Shown here piece after piece: positions 33,447-44,546 of a DNA stretch of 64,000 bases; positions within the stretch are counted from its first letter, which is position 1; each line of letters begins with the position of its first letter. Made by a program: the position numbers and the translations under genes. Below the pieces are notes generated by a model, which saw only the letters and a list, made by a program, of their open reading frames with translations, was not told the origin of the DNA and did no database searches. This stretch comes from a virus (lineage: Duplodnaviria; Caudoviricetes), in IMG/VR virus record IMGVR_UViG_3300006217_000013, positions 1-64,000 of that record, one strand, 5' to 3'.

Positions 33447-34219
33447 TTTAAAAGAAATAAATTTAAACGCAACAACGCTATCTGAAAATATGACTGATTC
33501 AGAATGGCAAGACTATTTTGCTCGTATGAAAATGCTTGTTAAACCTACGAATGAAAAGCAAATGAACCTGTGTCCATTCCATAGTATATATGAAGATGGT
33601 GTTTATAAAGGTGACACACAAGCTATAAGGTACAAGCAATTTATCAACGGTATCTTGAAAGCAATGCGTTCTGGTGAAGTGGATTATGCCTTTTACATAT
33701 TTCAGATTTCTGATTTATTGCGGTATGAGCCAAATTTGAAAGCACAATGGTTGCCAAATTCGGAATGTTTTAAAGTAAGTTTATAAAGAAAGAAGTGATA
33801 CATATTGAAATTTATTGGAAATGAATATGACAACTACTCTCTCTGTAAAGTGGATTATTCAGACGAAATCACGGAAGATGATGAATTTTCACAGTTTTTC
33901 GTAGTAACCGATAATGAAGGCAATGTTATTGGCGAAGATATTGATCAACTTTGTGAAGATTAATGACGAATATTAATGTAGAGGATAACATAAAGGAGGC
34001 TTTTATGAGAAATAAAGAATATATGAAAGATTTGATAATGGATTATCTTCCAGAATGCCCTTATGGTGATGACTTTAATTGCTGTAATTGTGATAGCATT
34101 GAAGAATGTTATCTTAATGCAAACATAAGATGCAATGATGCGTGGGCAGAAAGCATTAATTATGGCGGATACAGCAATGCTGAAGAATTTTGGGACAATC
34201 TATAAGGAGCGTGATTTAG

Positions 34220-36820
34220 ATTAAGACACAATTATATACAATGCTTAAGTTTCCCTTCTCTGTTATTTTAGACACTAACTATAACGTATTTTTAAGCAAA
34301 GATGAGGAATATGATTATCTTATTCAGCAAAGCGATTCTCCCCTAATAAATCAAATAGAACAGATTAGAGGAAAATTTTCTGAACATATATCTGAAATGA
34401 TATTGGTAGTAGCAAAGAAAAACCCCAAAAAAGAGGGTAAATTAAAAGAGTTGCTTAGTAATGGATTTACATATAATAACATTCATTATAGTCGTTTTGG
34501 CAAATCTGCTTCTCAAGGTAAAACAGGAATAACAGCATTTGTATCAGATAATATATATAATAAATTATATGCCGCAACTCAAATGGATGTTAAAGTTGAT
34601 GAATGTGTTATTTCCAAATATGAAGCCCAAAGATGCTTGCCTTTTAGTTCTTGTACCCTTATTAAAGATTATCTTCCTAATATTGTTATAGTGGATGAAT
34701 ACGAAAAAGTGCTTAAAAATCAATACATTCGCTATGTGGTTAATAGAAAAAAAGAAATTATAGACAAGGACACTGGCGAAAAGAAAAATGTTTCTGTACG
34801 GGAAATTGAAGAAGGATATCATGACATTAAACTATCCCCCTTTGATGGTTGTGGTTGCCATGAAATCGAATTTGCGAAGAAAATCAGTAATGAATTAGAG
34901 TTGGACTATATTGCAGTTGGCAATCAAATTAGACTTCCATTCGTTAAAGGCTATTCTGTGTATGTGCCCTTTAGAGAAATATTAAAAGAAATGGGAGTTA
35001 CTGAAATCCTTGATGTATATGGCGAACTCCATCCTGTGGATACGATTGATTGTATCTGGAATACAAGCATGTTTAAGGGTCACAAAATATTTAAAGAAAA
35101 ATATGGTGATGATGCATGGAAAGCCTATCTTGAAACTTTAAATAAGTATCATTTTCAACTCGGAATAAGCAAATACAGTCACCATATGAAAGATTTGAAT
35201 CTGAAATCTCGTATGAACTTTCAATATTTACAATGCCTTGATTTGTGGAATTCAAAATATATTGATAGTTTCTATGGAGATACAAAGCATGAGAAATATG
35301 ACATTCTTTCTAAGCATAATCAGGACGTAGTGATTAAAGTCGCACAATATACTACAGATTTATTTGAAAGAATTATCAAGGGGGATAAATTTTACACATA
35401 CAAATTCATGGGCATGAATGATACACAAAATTATTCTGCTGAAAGTAAGTATCTTGAAGCTGTTTTAATCAATGATGTAATGTTAAAAGATGTTGCAGTT
35501 AAGCAATTCATACATAGAAAACTCAAAAAATATATTGCAGAAAGTAAGGTTGGCAAAATATATGCAGATGGATTTTACCACACTGTTGTTGGAGATATGA
35601 TAGGTTATTTGGAATATGTTGCAGGGCGAGAGCCTGTGGGGTGTCTTAAAGAACATGAATTTTTTGCTGACACATTGGATAAGGGGCGAGTGTTGTCATT
35701 TCGTTCTCCTCTTGTAGACCCTTCAGAGGTCAATTCTGTTGAAATTGTATCAAACGATATTACTGACAAATGGTTTTCTCATTTTAAAGACCAAGATGTT
35801 TGTATGATAAATATGTATGACCTTTCAGCACCCCAACAAGGCGGAATGGACGAAGACGGAGATGCTGTGTTTCTATGTAACGACCCTAATATCATTAACA
35901 CAAAAATAGATAAACCTATAATTATTGATATTGAGGATAAAGCGACAGCAAAAACCAAGCCCTATACTAAGGAAAACCTTATTAACTATGAACTCACCAC
36001 CAGAGATAGTAGGATTGGTGAGATTACAAACTGCGCAACAAGTATACTAAACAAATACACAACAAACGAGGACGTTAAAAGGGTTTATGATGATTTAGCT
36101 TCTTTATTGAGATTATTTCAAGGTAAAGAAATTGATTCTATTAAAACAGGCATTAGGTGGCAAATGAACGCTGGATTACGCAAACATTTAAAACAGCTTC
36201 CTTGGTTTTTGCTATATAACTATCCAAGCAAACTATCAACATATGAGAAACTGCGCCGGAAAAATAGAACTATTGAAGACCCTTCCGCAAAAATCAAACT
36301 CAACGCATATCGCTCTCCTTCTCCGATGAATGAGTTATGCGATTATATTAACACTTGGGAGCGAAAAAAGATTATATGGGATAAATCAGTGGTTAATACC
36401 AGTTGTATTATTTTAAATAATGATTTAGAGTTAAATGATAAATCAATTATCAAGCAGGTGCGTCATATAATAAATGATTTTAGTAAAGAGTTTAAAGATG
36501 CTCTTAAAGCCAAGGAAGAACACGAGCAAAGTTTCAATGAGCCTGACATTGTCATACAGAAATACAAAAATAAATTAGTTAAATTAATAACAGACGAAGA
36601 ATTGCTTGCTAATTATGTAATTAAAGCGTCATATTTGAATAATTCAATCAATAAACAATTGGCTTGGCTTGGATACGGAGATTATATTATCAAAAACCTG
36701 TGTAATAACTCACCAAAAAACAAAATCGTATCAATTACTGAAACACCATACAAAACAGACAATGCTTATGAGTATTTAGGAAAATACTATTTATTTGAGG
36801 AGCGTGATATCAATATATAA
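34220..36820 (+). CDS. YonO-like single-subunit RNA polymerase (double-psi beta-barrel, RdRP-related)
   Basis: FDGCG, QIRLPFVKG, FRSPLV, GMDEDGD (DxDGD), IGEITN, QGKEIDSIKTG; likely ATT start 34220 (ATG 34241 alternative). Confidence 0.88.
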   Translation: MKTQLYTMLKFPFSVILDTNYNVFLSKDEEYDYLIQQSDSPLINQIEQIRGKFSEHISEMILVVAKKNPKKEGKLKELLSNGFTYNNIHYSRFGKSASQGKTGITAFVSDNIYNKLYAATQMDVKVDECVISKYEAQRCLPFSSCTLIKDYLPNIVIVDEYEKVLKNQYIRYVVNRKKEIIDKDTGEKKNVSVREIEEGYHDIKLSPFDGCGCHEIEFAKKISNELELDYIAVGNQIRLPFVKGYSVYVPFREILKEMGVTEILDVYGELHPVDTIDCIWNTSMFKGHKIFKEKYGDDAWKAYLETLNKYHFQLGISKYSHHMKDLNLKSRMNFQYLQCLDLWNSKYIDSFYGDTKHEKYDILSKHNQDVVIKVAQYTTDLFERIIKGDKFYTYKFMGMNDTQNYSAESKYLEAVLINDVMLKDVAVKQFIHRKLKKYIAESKVGKIYADGFYHTVVGDMIGYLEYVAGREPVGCLKEHEFFADTLDKGRVLSFRSPLVDPSEVNSVEIVSNDITDKWFSHFKDQDVCMINMYDLSAPQQGGMDEDGDAVFLCNDPNIINTKIDKPIIIDIEDKATAKTKPYTKENLINYELTTRDSRIGEITNCATSILNKYTTNEDVKRVYDDLASLLRLFQGKEIDSIKTGIRWQMNAGLRKHLKQLPWFLLYNYPSKLSTYEKLRRKNRTIEDPSAKIKLNAYRSPSPMNELCDYINTWERKKIIWDKSVVNTSCIILNNDLELNDKSIIKQVRHIINDFSKEFKDALKAKEEHEQSFNEPDIVIQKYKNKLVKLITDEELLANYVIKASYLNNSINKQLAWLGYGDYIIKNLCNNSPKNKIVSITETPYKTDNAYEYLGKYYLFEERDINI

Positions 36821-37703
36821 CGTAGATGATAAATATATGTACGAGATACTTGATGATTATCAACAAGCGACAGACGACATAATGAAGGATGACATATTTA
36901 AAGCTTTTTGCTTTAACATCTGGTCGAGTAAAAATAAACGTAAAATAATAACAAAATCAATTAAGTTTAACGTTAGAAAGGATTTGTTACAAACAGACTT
37001 GGGAAAAGTTTTTGATGTATGGTCTAACGTTGAATATCTCTCATATCGGTCTATGAGCAAAGAAAAAGGCTATATAAGCCTAATTAGACAAAAGGTTAAT
37101 AATATATATACCAATCTTTTTGATGCTCGTATATGTTCAAATAAAGAGTATATGGACTTAATCAGAATGCCAAAAACATTATATTATCGTTGGATAGATG
37201 GTGAATATATGGAAGCCGATGATGTAACTATGCTTATTGATAATGCAATATTCAAAGCGGAAGAAATCAAGAAAATCTATTCTAAACAAAAAATGCAGCT
37301 ATCTTGGATGAAGTATAAAAAAGAATGCGAAAAATATTTTAGACGCATGTTTGATAATTATATATCCATTGATGATTATGAGGATAAAAGTATAATACAT
37401 AATCATAGTGACTGTTGGAACGAAGACCATTTCTGTATTTCATATTTTTGTAAAGGCTTGGATGGGTATTTTAAAAACTACCAAAAGGAATATTACGGTA
37501 TCAAACATAATGGGAAGAAGTCAGCATCACAATATCTGACGCGATGCAAGGACTGCGAGGCATTAATCAAAAAGACTGGAAACAAAAAAATGTATTGTGA
37601 TGCATGCGCAGATAAGAGGCGTAAAAATAGTTGGAAAAAAGCTTCAAAAAAATACAAAATGGGAAATCATAAAATAGAAAATGGCGACAAATCGCATAAC
37701 TAA
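36795..37703 (+). CDS. RNAP-adjacent protein with C-terminal zinc ribbon (possible transcription factor)
   Basis: CKDC...YCDAC; overlaps RNAP stop. Confidence 0.55.
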   Translation: MRSVISIYNVDDKYMYEILDDYQQATDDIMKDDIFKAFCFNIWSSKNKRKIITKSIKFNVRKDLLQTDLGKVFDVWSNVEYLSYRSMSKEKGYISLIRQKVNNIYTNLFDARICSNKEYMDLIRMPKTLYYRWIDGEYMEADDVTMLIDNAIFKAEEIKKIYSKQKMQLSWMKYKKECEKYFRRMFDNYISIDDYEDKSIIHNHSDCWNEDHFCISYFCKGLDGYFKNYQKEYYGIKHNGKKSASQYLTRCKDCEALIKKTGNKKMYCDACADKRRKNSWKKASKKYKMGNHKIENGDKSHN

Positions 37704-38051
37704 GTCGTATATTAAGGTTTTTGGTGGGTTATCTATCCAGTATAGGAAAGAGAGAAACATCTTTTACAATAAAACTTTTATTCTATCTTATATTTCAATT
37801 CATATCAGCACATCGGCTAAGGGTTCTCCTTGGTCGGTGTGCTGAACCTCACGAGAGCCAGTATAGCGCTGGCTCTTTTTCTTGTATTGCAAGCGGTAGG
37901 TCGGTATCTTCCTGTCCTCATAAGTCAGAGAAACCAAGGTCAGCACTTGGGCTTGCAACCAATTTCAGTGATATTTTTAAGAGCATTTTCACACTACAAA
38001 GAAAATGTACACCCATAGGGTGAATATTCAATTAGAAAGAAGGTTATTTCA

Positions 38052-38249
38052 ATAAAACCAGTATCACAGAAAGAGCTAAAGGCTCTATTCAACAACAAGA
38101 TTATAAAGAACACCTGTAACGGCTTTATATCACCTATAAACGGCGGTAAACCTGTCGGGCACTATCGTACATTAGGCGGGGCTAAAAGGGTGTATATCGA
38201 GGATAATTACGCTGATAAAGCAAAAGAATTAGTGGTAAGGGGTGAATAG
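38052..38249 (+). CDS. Small hypothetical protein, probable ATA start
   Basis: Open 65-codon frame after GAAGG RBS, missed by ORF track. Confidence 0.5.
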   Translation: MKPVSQKELKALFNNKIIKNTCNGFISPINGGKPVGHYRTLGGAKRVYIEDNYADKAKELVVRGE

Positions 38250-38251
38250 TT

Positions 38252-39454
38252 ATTACTGAATTACATCGACTTGAAGGCGAAAATGAGGAACAAACCATAT
38301 GGAGATTAGGACAAGCCAAGGATTCTGGCACATTGGACATGAATTGGGATGGAATTGCAAATATTCTCAATAAAGAGTTTAGGGATGAAGATACTCCATA
38401 TGAGCAATCTGCTTACCGCAAACCTTACCAGCAGGCTAAAAGATTCTACGAAGCGGGCGTATTTGGCAAATACAGCGACGAAAGTGACTATATACAGGAA
38501 CTTTGTGAGCAAAAGCAAGAAATCCAAAAAGAAAAGCGTAAACTTTATGATGAAAGGATTGACTTAAACCGAAGGCTGCGCGAAACCGCACGAATGGAAA
38601 CAACCGTTGAAAAAATAGAAGATATGCTTAGTCGTATATCCGATAAACGATATATAGCCTACTCTCCTGTTTCAACTCAAAGTGGTAATGATATGATTGT
38701 TTGCTTATCTGATTTACACATCGGCTCGGAACATTATACATTTGATGGCTGCTACAACTCTGAGATAGCAAAAAATAGATTAAATGAATATTTAGCTGAG
38801 ATTATTGGAATTCAGAGCACTCATAATGCAGAAAATTGTGAAATAATCCTACTCGGAGATTTGATAAGTGGGTCAATTCATAAGACAATCTCTGTTACAA
38901 ACAAAGAAAACGTAATAGAACAGGTCAAATTAGCCTGTGAATATATATCAGATTTTGTTTATACGTTAGGCAAATACTTCAATAAAGTCACGATACATTC
39001 TGTTGGAGGTAATCACTCTCGGATTGAAAAAAAAGAAGATGCTTTAATTTCAGAACGTTTAGATTTGCTTATTCCATGGTTCATTAAATCTTTGCTCAAG
39101 AATTGTGAGAATATTGTGGTTGAGGATGACAATATTGATGATACCTTTACGGTGTTTTGGGTACGCGATAAACTCTACTTCGGGGTACACGGGGATTACG
39201 ACCCTATGAATGACACATCTATAGCCAAATTGGCTTTATGGGCTAAAATGACTCCTTATTGCGTTTTGTGTGGACATAAACATTTCCCCGCGATGACTGA
39301 TGTATCGGGAATCAAAGTTGTGCAGTCTGGTTCACTTTGCGGTAGTGGTGATGAGTTTACAAGGCAAAAGAGATTGACGGGGAAACCGTCACAGACCGTA
39401 TTGGTCGTCGGAGACAAGGGCATTCGTGCTTGTTATCCAATAGAATTATCTTAA
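38252..39454 (+). CDS. Calcineurin-like metallophosphoesterase with N-terminal coiled coil
   Basis: SDLHIG, LGDLISG, GNHSR, HGD, GHKH; frame open back to ATT 38252. Confidence 0.85.
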   Translation: MTELHRLEGENEEQTIWRLGQAKDSGTLDMNWDGIANILNKEFRDEDTPYEQSAYRKPYQQAKRFYEAGVFGKYSDESDYIQELCEQKQEIQKEKRKLYDERIDLNRRLRETARMETTVEKIEDMLSRISDKRYIAYSPVSTQSGNDMIVCLSDLHIGSEHYTFDGCYNSEIAKNRLNEYLAEIIGIQSTHNAENCEIILLGDLISGSIHKTISVTNKENVIEQVKLACEYISDFVYTLGKYFNKVTIHSVGGNHSRIEKKEDALISERLDLLIPWFIKSLLKNCENIVVEDDNIDDTFTVFWVRDKLYFGVHGDYDPMNDTSIAKLALWAKMTPYCVLCGHKHFPAMTDVSGIKVVQSGSLCGSGDEFTRQKRLTGKPSQTVLVVGDKGIRACYPIELS

Positions 39455-40321
39455 AAAAGGAGATTTTAACATAATTTATGAATAATATAACGAAAATAAA
39501 GCCGTTCGCAAATAGCGGCACTTTAGTTGAATATACAACAGATTTGTTTGATGAGGATAAAATCACATCTGCTGCGTTTCTTGGTTATGGTAATACCATA
39601 GCTGAAATACTCGGCGTAATACTTGATAGATATACAACCGATATAGAATGTATCCAAATGGACGAATTTACATACAATGACCTTTATCGCTTGGTTATTG
39701 ACGAAGATTTCATTATTTCTGTGGTTCCTATAAAGAAAGACAATGGAGAATATGTCATGACCAATGTAGATGTGCAGTTCGTCAGCGATGAGGTTCCTGC
39801 AAGATATGTACGCCTTGTTGATGATAAAGGATATAAATATCAAGTATTTACATTGGATAGTGATTTTGAAGAAGAAATAGACGACCTTGAAGATGACTTT
39901 GAAGCTGAAACAGAAACCGCAGGGAAAAATAGCGAAGACAACTCTTTTGTAGTCCCTGTTTCGGTAAATTTTGAGGCTTCTCTTAATGGCAGACCTTATA
40001 ATAAACTGTCAGATGACGAGAAGCAGTTATTCGATATGATGATTGATTGGGGGTTCTTCTGGTAATTCGGTACGAATAATAGATATTTTTACAAAGAAAG
40101 AGGGTTTAAGCACCCTCTTTCTTCTGTTTTATGCTTCTATATGACGAATAATACAGTGTCCGATGTGTTTGGGAAACATTTATCAGGTCACACCTGACAT
40201 TGGGCTGATAGAAAATAGAGAGGATAGCAAGGAAGTCATGAGCCTTGTAATAGTGGTACTCCGTATCCCACTGCCCTCTCCTATTTACACTTATTGATAC
40301 GGAGAGAACGGAGATTATAAA

Positions 40322-41759
40322 ATGAAATACTCGAAAGAACAAATTGTTTCTGATTTGAGATTTATTTATGATAAATACGGGGAACTAACTTCTCATTCTA
40401 TCAATATTGCACATAAAGAATACAATACTGTTTCTTTAAGTGTATTTGACAGAATAGGTACAAGAGATAAATTATATGAACTTATAGATGTTGAATATAA
40501 AGCCAAATCGTTTTATGATTGGTGTGTTGAGAATGAACAAATTGATTTTATTAAATCATGGTCATATGATGATAACAGTGCGTCTCCTAAGGACATCTCA
40601 TTTTCTGAACATAAAGAATATTGGTTCATTTGTGACAAATGTGGGACAAAACGCAAATATAATATCAATTCTATTACAAATATGAACATTAAATTAAAAT
40701 GTCCATACTGCAACTCCTTCGAGAAATGGTGTATAGATAATAATCCTGCTTTGTTGGAACGATTTGATTACGCAAAGAATAGCTTTAAGCCAAGTGAAAT
40801 ATCTCGTGGCAGCAAAAAACTTGTGTATTTAATGTGTGAAAATCAACGACATGAATCAACTGCTTATATGGTAAAAAGTATAACCAACGGGCTTATTAAC
40901 TGCCATTGCTCGAAATGCCACTCTTTGGCACAGTGGGGAATTGATACTTTCGGAAATGACTTTTTTAGAGAAATATTGGGACTATGAAAAGAATGTCATA
41001 AATCCTTATGATCTTTCCTCTTCCAATCACACAAAATATATTTGGATTAAATGTCAAAACACCAATTATCATGGCTCGTACAAAACAAAGGCTGTTGATT
41101 TGACAAGGACAAGCGGGATAATTACTTGCCCATACTGCTACAATACAAGAGTTCATAAACTTGATAGTTTAGGGCATTTATATCCAGACATTATTCATCT
41201 ATGGTCTGATAAAAACACAAAATCGCCATATGAATACAAGCCAAAATCTGGTCAAAAGGCATGGTTTAAGTGTGGCTGTGGTAAGCATTCTGATACATAT
41301 AGAACCATTTGCAATGCGCATCATAACGATTTTGAATGTCCAGATTGTGTAAAAGAAAGGAACGAATCCAAATTAGAAGAATGTGTAAGAAAATACATCA
41401 ATAATGTATTAGGTTACAAAACCCTTCATGAACATAAATGTACAATCACTGCAATAAATCCGAATACAAGAAGACCGTTACCTTATGATAATGAGATTAC
41501 ATCTCTCAAATTAATTATTGAGGTGCATGGCATTCAACATTATGTTATTACTAATTTTGCTAATATGGCAGCCAAGTCTTTTGGGACAACCCCTGAATAT
41601 GAGTTGTCATACTTACAATGGAAAGATTCGTATAAAAAAGATTTTGCTTTAAAAAGTGGGTACTATTATTTAGAAATTCCCTATTGGGCGGCAAAAAATG
41701 ATTATTATAAAATAATGATTGATGATAAAATAAAAGAAATTTTAAAGGAAGCGGCTTGA
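40322..41759 (+). CDS. Zinc-ribbon repeat protein with C-terminal PD-(D/E)xK/Vsr-like endonuclease (freestanding homing-endonuclease-like); frameshift at T run 40961-40966
   Basis: Repeated W-x-C..CPYC modules; LPYD..IIEVHGIQHY..YLEIPYW. Confidence 0.75.
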
Positions 41760-41802
41760 TGGTCGTTTTCTTTTTTTTGTTTTGTGGGAAGGATGTGAGT
41801 AA

Positions 41803-42843
41803 ATGAACGGACAAAATGCAAAAAGGTCGGAAGATATAACAGATGAAATGTGGGAACAAGTAAACCCTTTTAATAGACAAATGGTAGAGGAATATCTCAC
41901 CAATCAGACACATCTTGCGCAAAAGAGTTTGGTTGTTTACTCCTCTGCCCTACGCATATATTTTTGGTGGGTAAAAGAAAATCTCAACAATAAAAATTGT
42001 ACTGAAATCAAAAAGAAAGAATTTATGCGCTATTTGAATTGGCTTACTAACCGTGGGATGTCCACATATGCTATTAAATTTAAAAAGTCATCTGTTAGTG
42101 CTTTTAACAAGTTTATCGAATCGTTTTACGAGGAAGAGTACCCTACTTTTAGGAATTATGTAACGTCTGAGATGTTGGTGGTCGAGACAGGTGAGGTAAG
42201 AGAAAAGGTTCCGTTGACACCAGAAGAATATGAGAACTTGTGTGATGAATTAAGGAATCGTGAAGAATGGCAGAAGTTAGCCTATTTAATGTTTTCTTAT
42301 AGTACAGGCTGTCGTAGAGCTGAAGCGCAGCAGTTGTTAAAAGAAGCAGTGAATTATAAACCAAAACGTAAAATGGTTACTGTTATTGATAAAGATGGCT
42401 CAGAAAGACAGATTGAAGCTGTTACATACAAGACGCACGATATTCGTTGTAAAGGTCGGTCTAAGATAGGTAAGGTCAGAAAATTGCAGTTTGGTACAGA
42501 TGTTATGGATGTCTTAAAGAAATGGCTTGAAGTCCGTGGAGAAGATGATTGTCCTTATATGTTTGTTACAAAAACAAAGAACAAACAAACTGGTGAGTAT
42601 GCTGTACATCAAGTGTCAGACGGTACTTTTAATGACTGGTGTAAAGGGCTTTTTACAAATATAGTTGGACGTCGTGTTCATCCACACCTGTTCCGAGAGT
42701 CAAGAGCTACAAACATCGTCGTATATGAGCATAAATCTCTTGAAACAGCTCAAAAATTATTAGGGCATCAAGACCCTACAACCACGGCAAAACATTATGT
42801 CATTCGCGAAGATGAAGATGATGCAGACGATGCTTTTGTATAA
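41803..42843 (+). CDS. Tyrosine recombinase (XerC/D-like)
   Basis: STGCRRAE, KGR, HPHLFRES, LLGH, HY. Confidence 0.92.
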   Translation: MNGQNAKRSEDITDEMWEQVNPFNRQMVEEYLTNQTHLAQKSLVVYSSALRIYFWWVKENLNNKNCTEIKKKEFMRYLNWLTNRGMSTYAIKFKKSSVSAFNKFIESFYEEEYPTFRNYVTSEMLVVETGEVREKVPLTPEEYENLCDELRNREEWQKLAYLMFSYSTGCRRAEAQQLLKEAVNYKPKRKMVTVIDKDGSERQIEAVTYKTHDIRCKGRSKIGKVRKLQFGTDVMDVLKKWLEVRGEDDCPYMFVTKTKNKQTGEYAVHQVSDGTFNDWCKGLFTNIVGRRVHPHLFRESRATNIVVYEHKSLETAQKLLGHQDPTTTAKHYVIREDEDDADDAFV

Positions 42844-43407
42844 ATATTAATGCGTGGAGGGGTATTTAACATATATAAATCCAGCCACAATTCAATCTAA
42901 TGACCAATATAATTTTGAAGGAAGTGAAAAAACGAATGATTCCAAATACATTTTTAATGGATGAAATGAATCCTGAAAACAAAGGACAAGAAACCGTAGA
43001 TACCATTGTAGACATCTTAGCATCAAGAAATTATACAATTGCCCAAGTAAGATGTCTATTCAATAATATCTTACGCCGTTTAGAAATGAATATGCCGATA
43101 AGCAATGGAGAAGTTTAAAGGCATTCGTTAAATTTGCTGCGATGAACAGCTAATGATTGAAAGAAAGCATTTTCGATTTCGGCAAACTGTTCTATGAATG
43201 CGTCAGAATCGGAAATTGAAATGCGTAACAGTTGATTTTGTTTTACATATTCCATTGCCATTTCGTAAGCAATTTGTTTTCTTTGCTCTATACTCATATT
43301 AATACACCTCCCTAAGTGTCATTATATCATATATTAGAGCAAAGTCCAAGAATATTTAGGATAGAATCCAAATTTTAAGGGAAGGCAATGTTCTTCCCCA
43401 TTTATAC

Positions 43408-43502
43408 GGAATGTTGGCAGAGTCCAGTTTAATGCGCCTGTTTGCTAAACAGGTAATCCGTTATATACGGATTCGTGGGAGCGAAGCCCACACATTCCCC
43501 CA
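43408..43502 (+). tRNA. tRNA-Ser(GCT), atypical
   Basis: Acceptor GGAATGT/ACATTCC plus CCA; anticodon arm CCTGT-TTGCTAA-ACAGG; long variable arm; T-stem GTGGG/CCCAC. Confidence 0.8.
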
Positions 43503-43532
43503 TTTATAATTTCAAAGAAAGAAGGTGGCAGT

Positions 43533-44546
43533 TTGCCTCGTGGAACAACAAGAGAAGACTTTATTGTTGAAAATCTAAATGCACAGCCAAATGTAGATGT
43601 TAACGTACAGATACATATACCGAGGTCGCCTGTCGCATTTGATGAAACTAAACATAAATACAAATGTTCTTGTTGTGGTAAGCCATTTACCAAGCAGAAC
43701 GGGAATTTTCAAAAGAGTAATGACGTATTATTTCAAGCCAATGATGGCTATTTGCCTTGGTGTAAGGAATGTACCGATAAATATGTTAATCAACTAACAG
43801 CTCTATTTTCTAACAATGAGGAACTTGCAATGAAGGATTTTTGTCAAAGGGCGGGTTGGAATTGTGATGTTAATGCATTAAAAGCATCTATGGAAACATA
43901 TAGCGGTCACAGGGATAGATCGCGTATTAGCCACTACGCTGCCAAGAAAAACCTTAATTGTGGCGGTAGAAAGACATTTATTGATACAATTAAGTTCGAT
44001 TTTTTGAATAGGCAGAAGGAAGTGATTTTATCTAAAGAACAAGCTAAAGCAGATGATATTGCTGTAAAAGCTTCTGCGATAGACCGTTGGGGTGCTGGTC
44101 TTACAGAATTAGACTATAAAAACTTAGAAGAACACTATAAAATGCTCAAAAAGAACAATCCAAATTGTGATAACAACCAAGAAATTTTTGTAAAGGCACT
44201 ATGTAACCTTAATATGCTTGCTATGAAAGCATTGCAGAACGATGATTCAGATAAATATATGAAATTAACTGACCAGTATGCTAAAACTTTTAAACAGGCA
44301 GGTTTGAGAACAATAGAAGAAAAAGATGCAAGTAATGACGAAACTTTCTGTATGACTCTTGGGTTTATATCAGATTATACACCTGAAGAGTTCTATAAAG
44401 AGCAAACTCTGTATCAGGATTACGATAAATTTGGTGATTATATAGAAAGACATATAACACGCCCAATGATGAATTTGAAAACAGGCGATGATGTGAGAGA
44501 TAGTGAATTCTTTGTACCAGAGGTGGATGAATATGAAGAAGAATGA
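43533..44546 (+). CDS. Putative terminase small subunit (zinc-binding N-terminus)
   Basis: CSCCG...CKEC; directly upstream of and overlapping TerL. Confidence 0.5.
   Translation: MPRGTTREDFIVENLNAQPNVDVNVQIHIPRSPVAFDETKHKYKCSCCGKPFTKQNGNFQKSNDVLFQANDGYLPWCKECTDKYVNQLTALFSNNEELAMKDFCQRAGWNCDVNALKASMETYSGHRDRSRISHYAAKKNLNCGGRKTFIDTIKFDFLNRQKEVILSKEQAKADDIAVKASAIDRWGAGLTELDYKNLEEHYKMLKKNNPNCDNNQEIFVKALCNLNMLAMKALQNDDSDKYMKLTDQYAKTFKQAGLRTIEEKDASNDETFCMTLGFISDYTPEEFYKEQTLYQDYDKFGDYIERHITRPMMNLKTGDDVRDSEFFVPEVDEYEEE

Noticed and set aside
34220-36820. RNA-dependent RNA polymerase / RNAi-like system
   Set aside because: Context matches YonO-type DNA-dependent phage RNAPs, which share this fold.
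18720-40966. Frameshifts in abi (A run 18720-25) and the zinc-finger nuclease (T run 40961-66) as programmed or phase-variable
   Set aside because: Single-base homopolymer indels cannot be told from sequencing error without reads.
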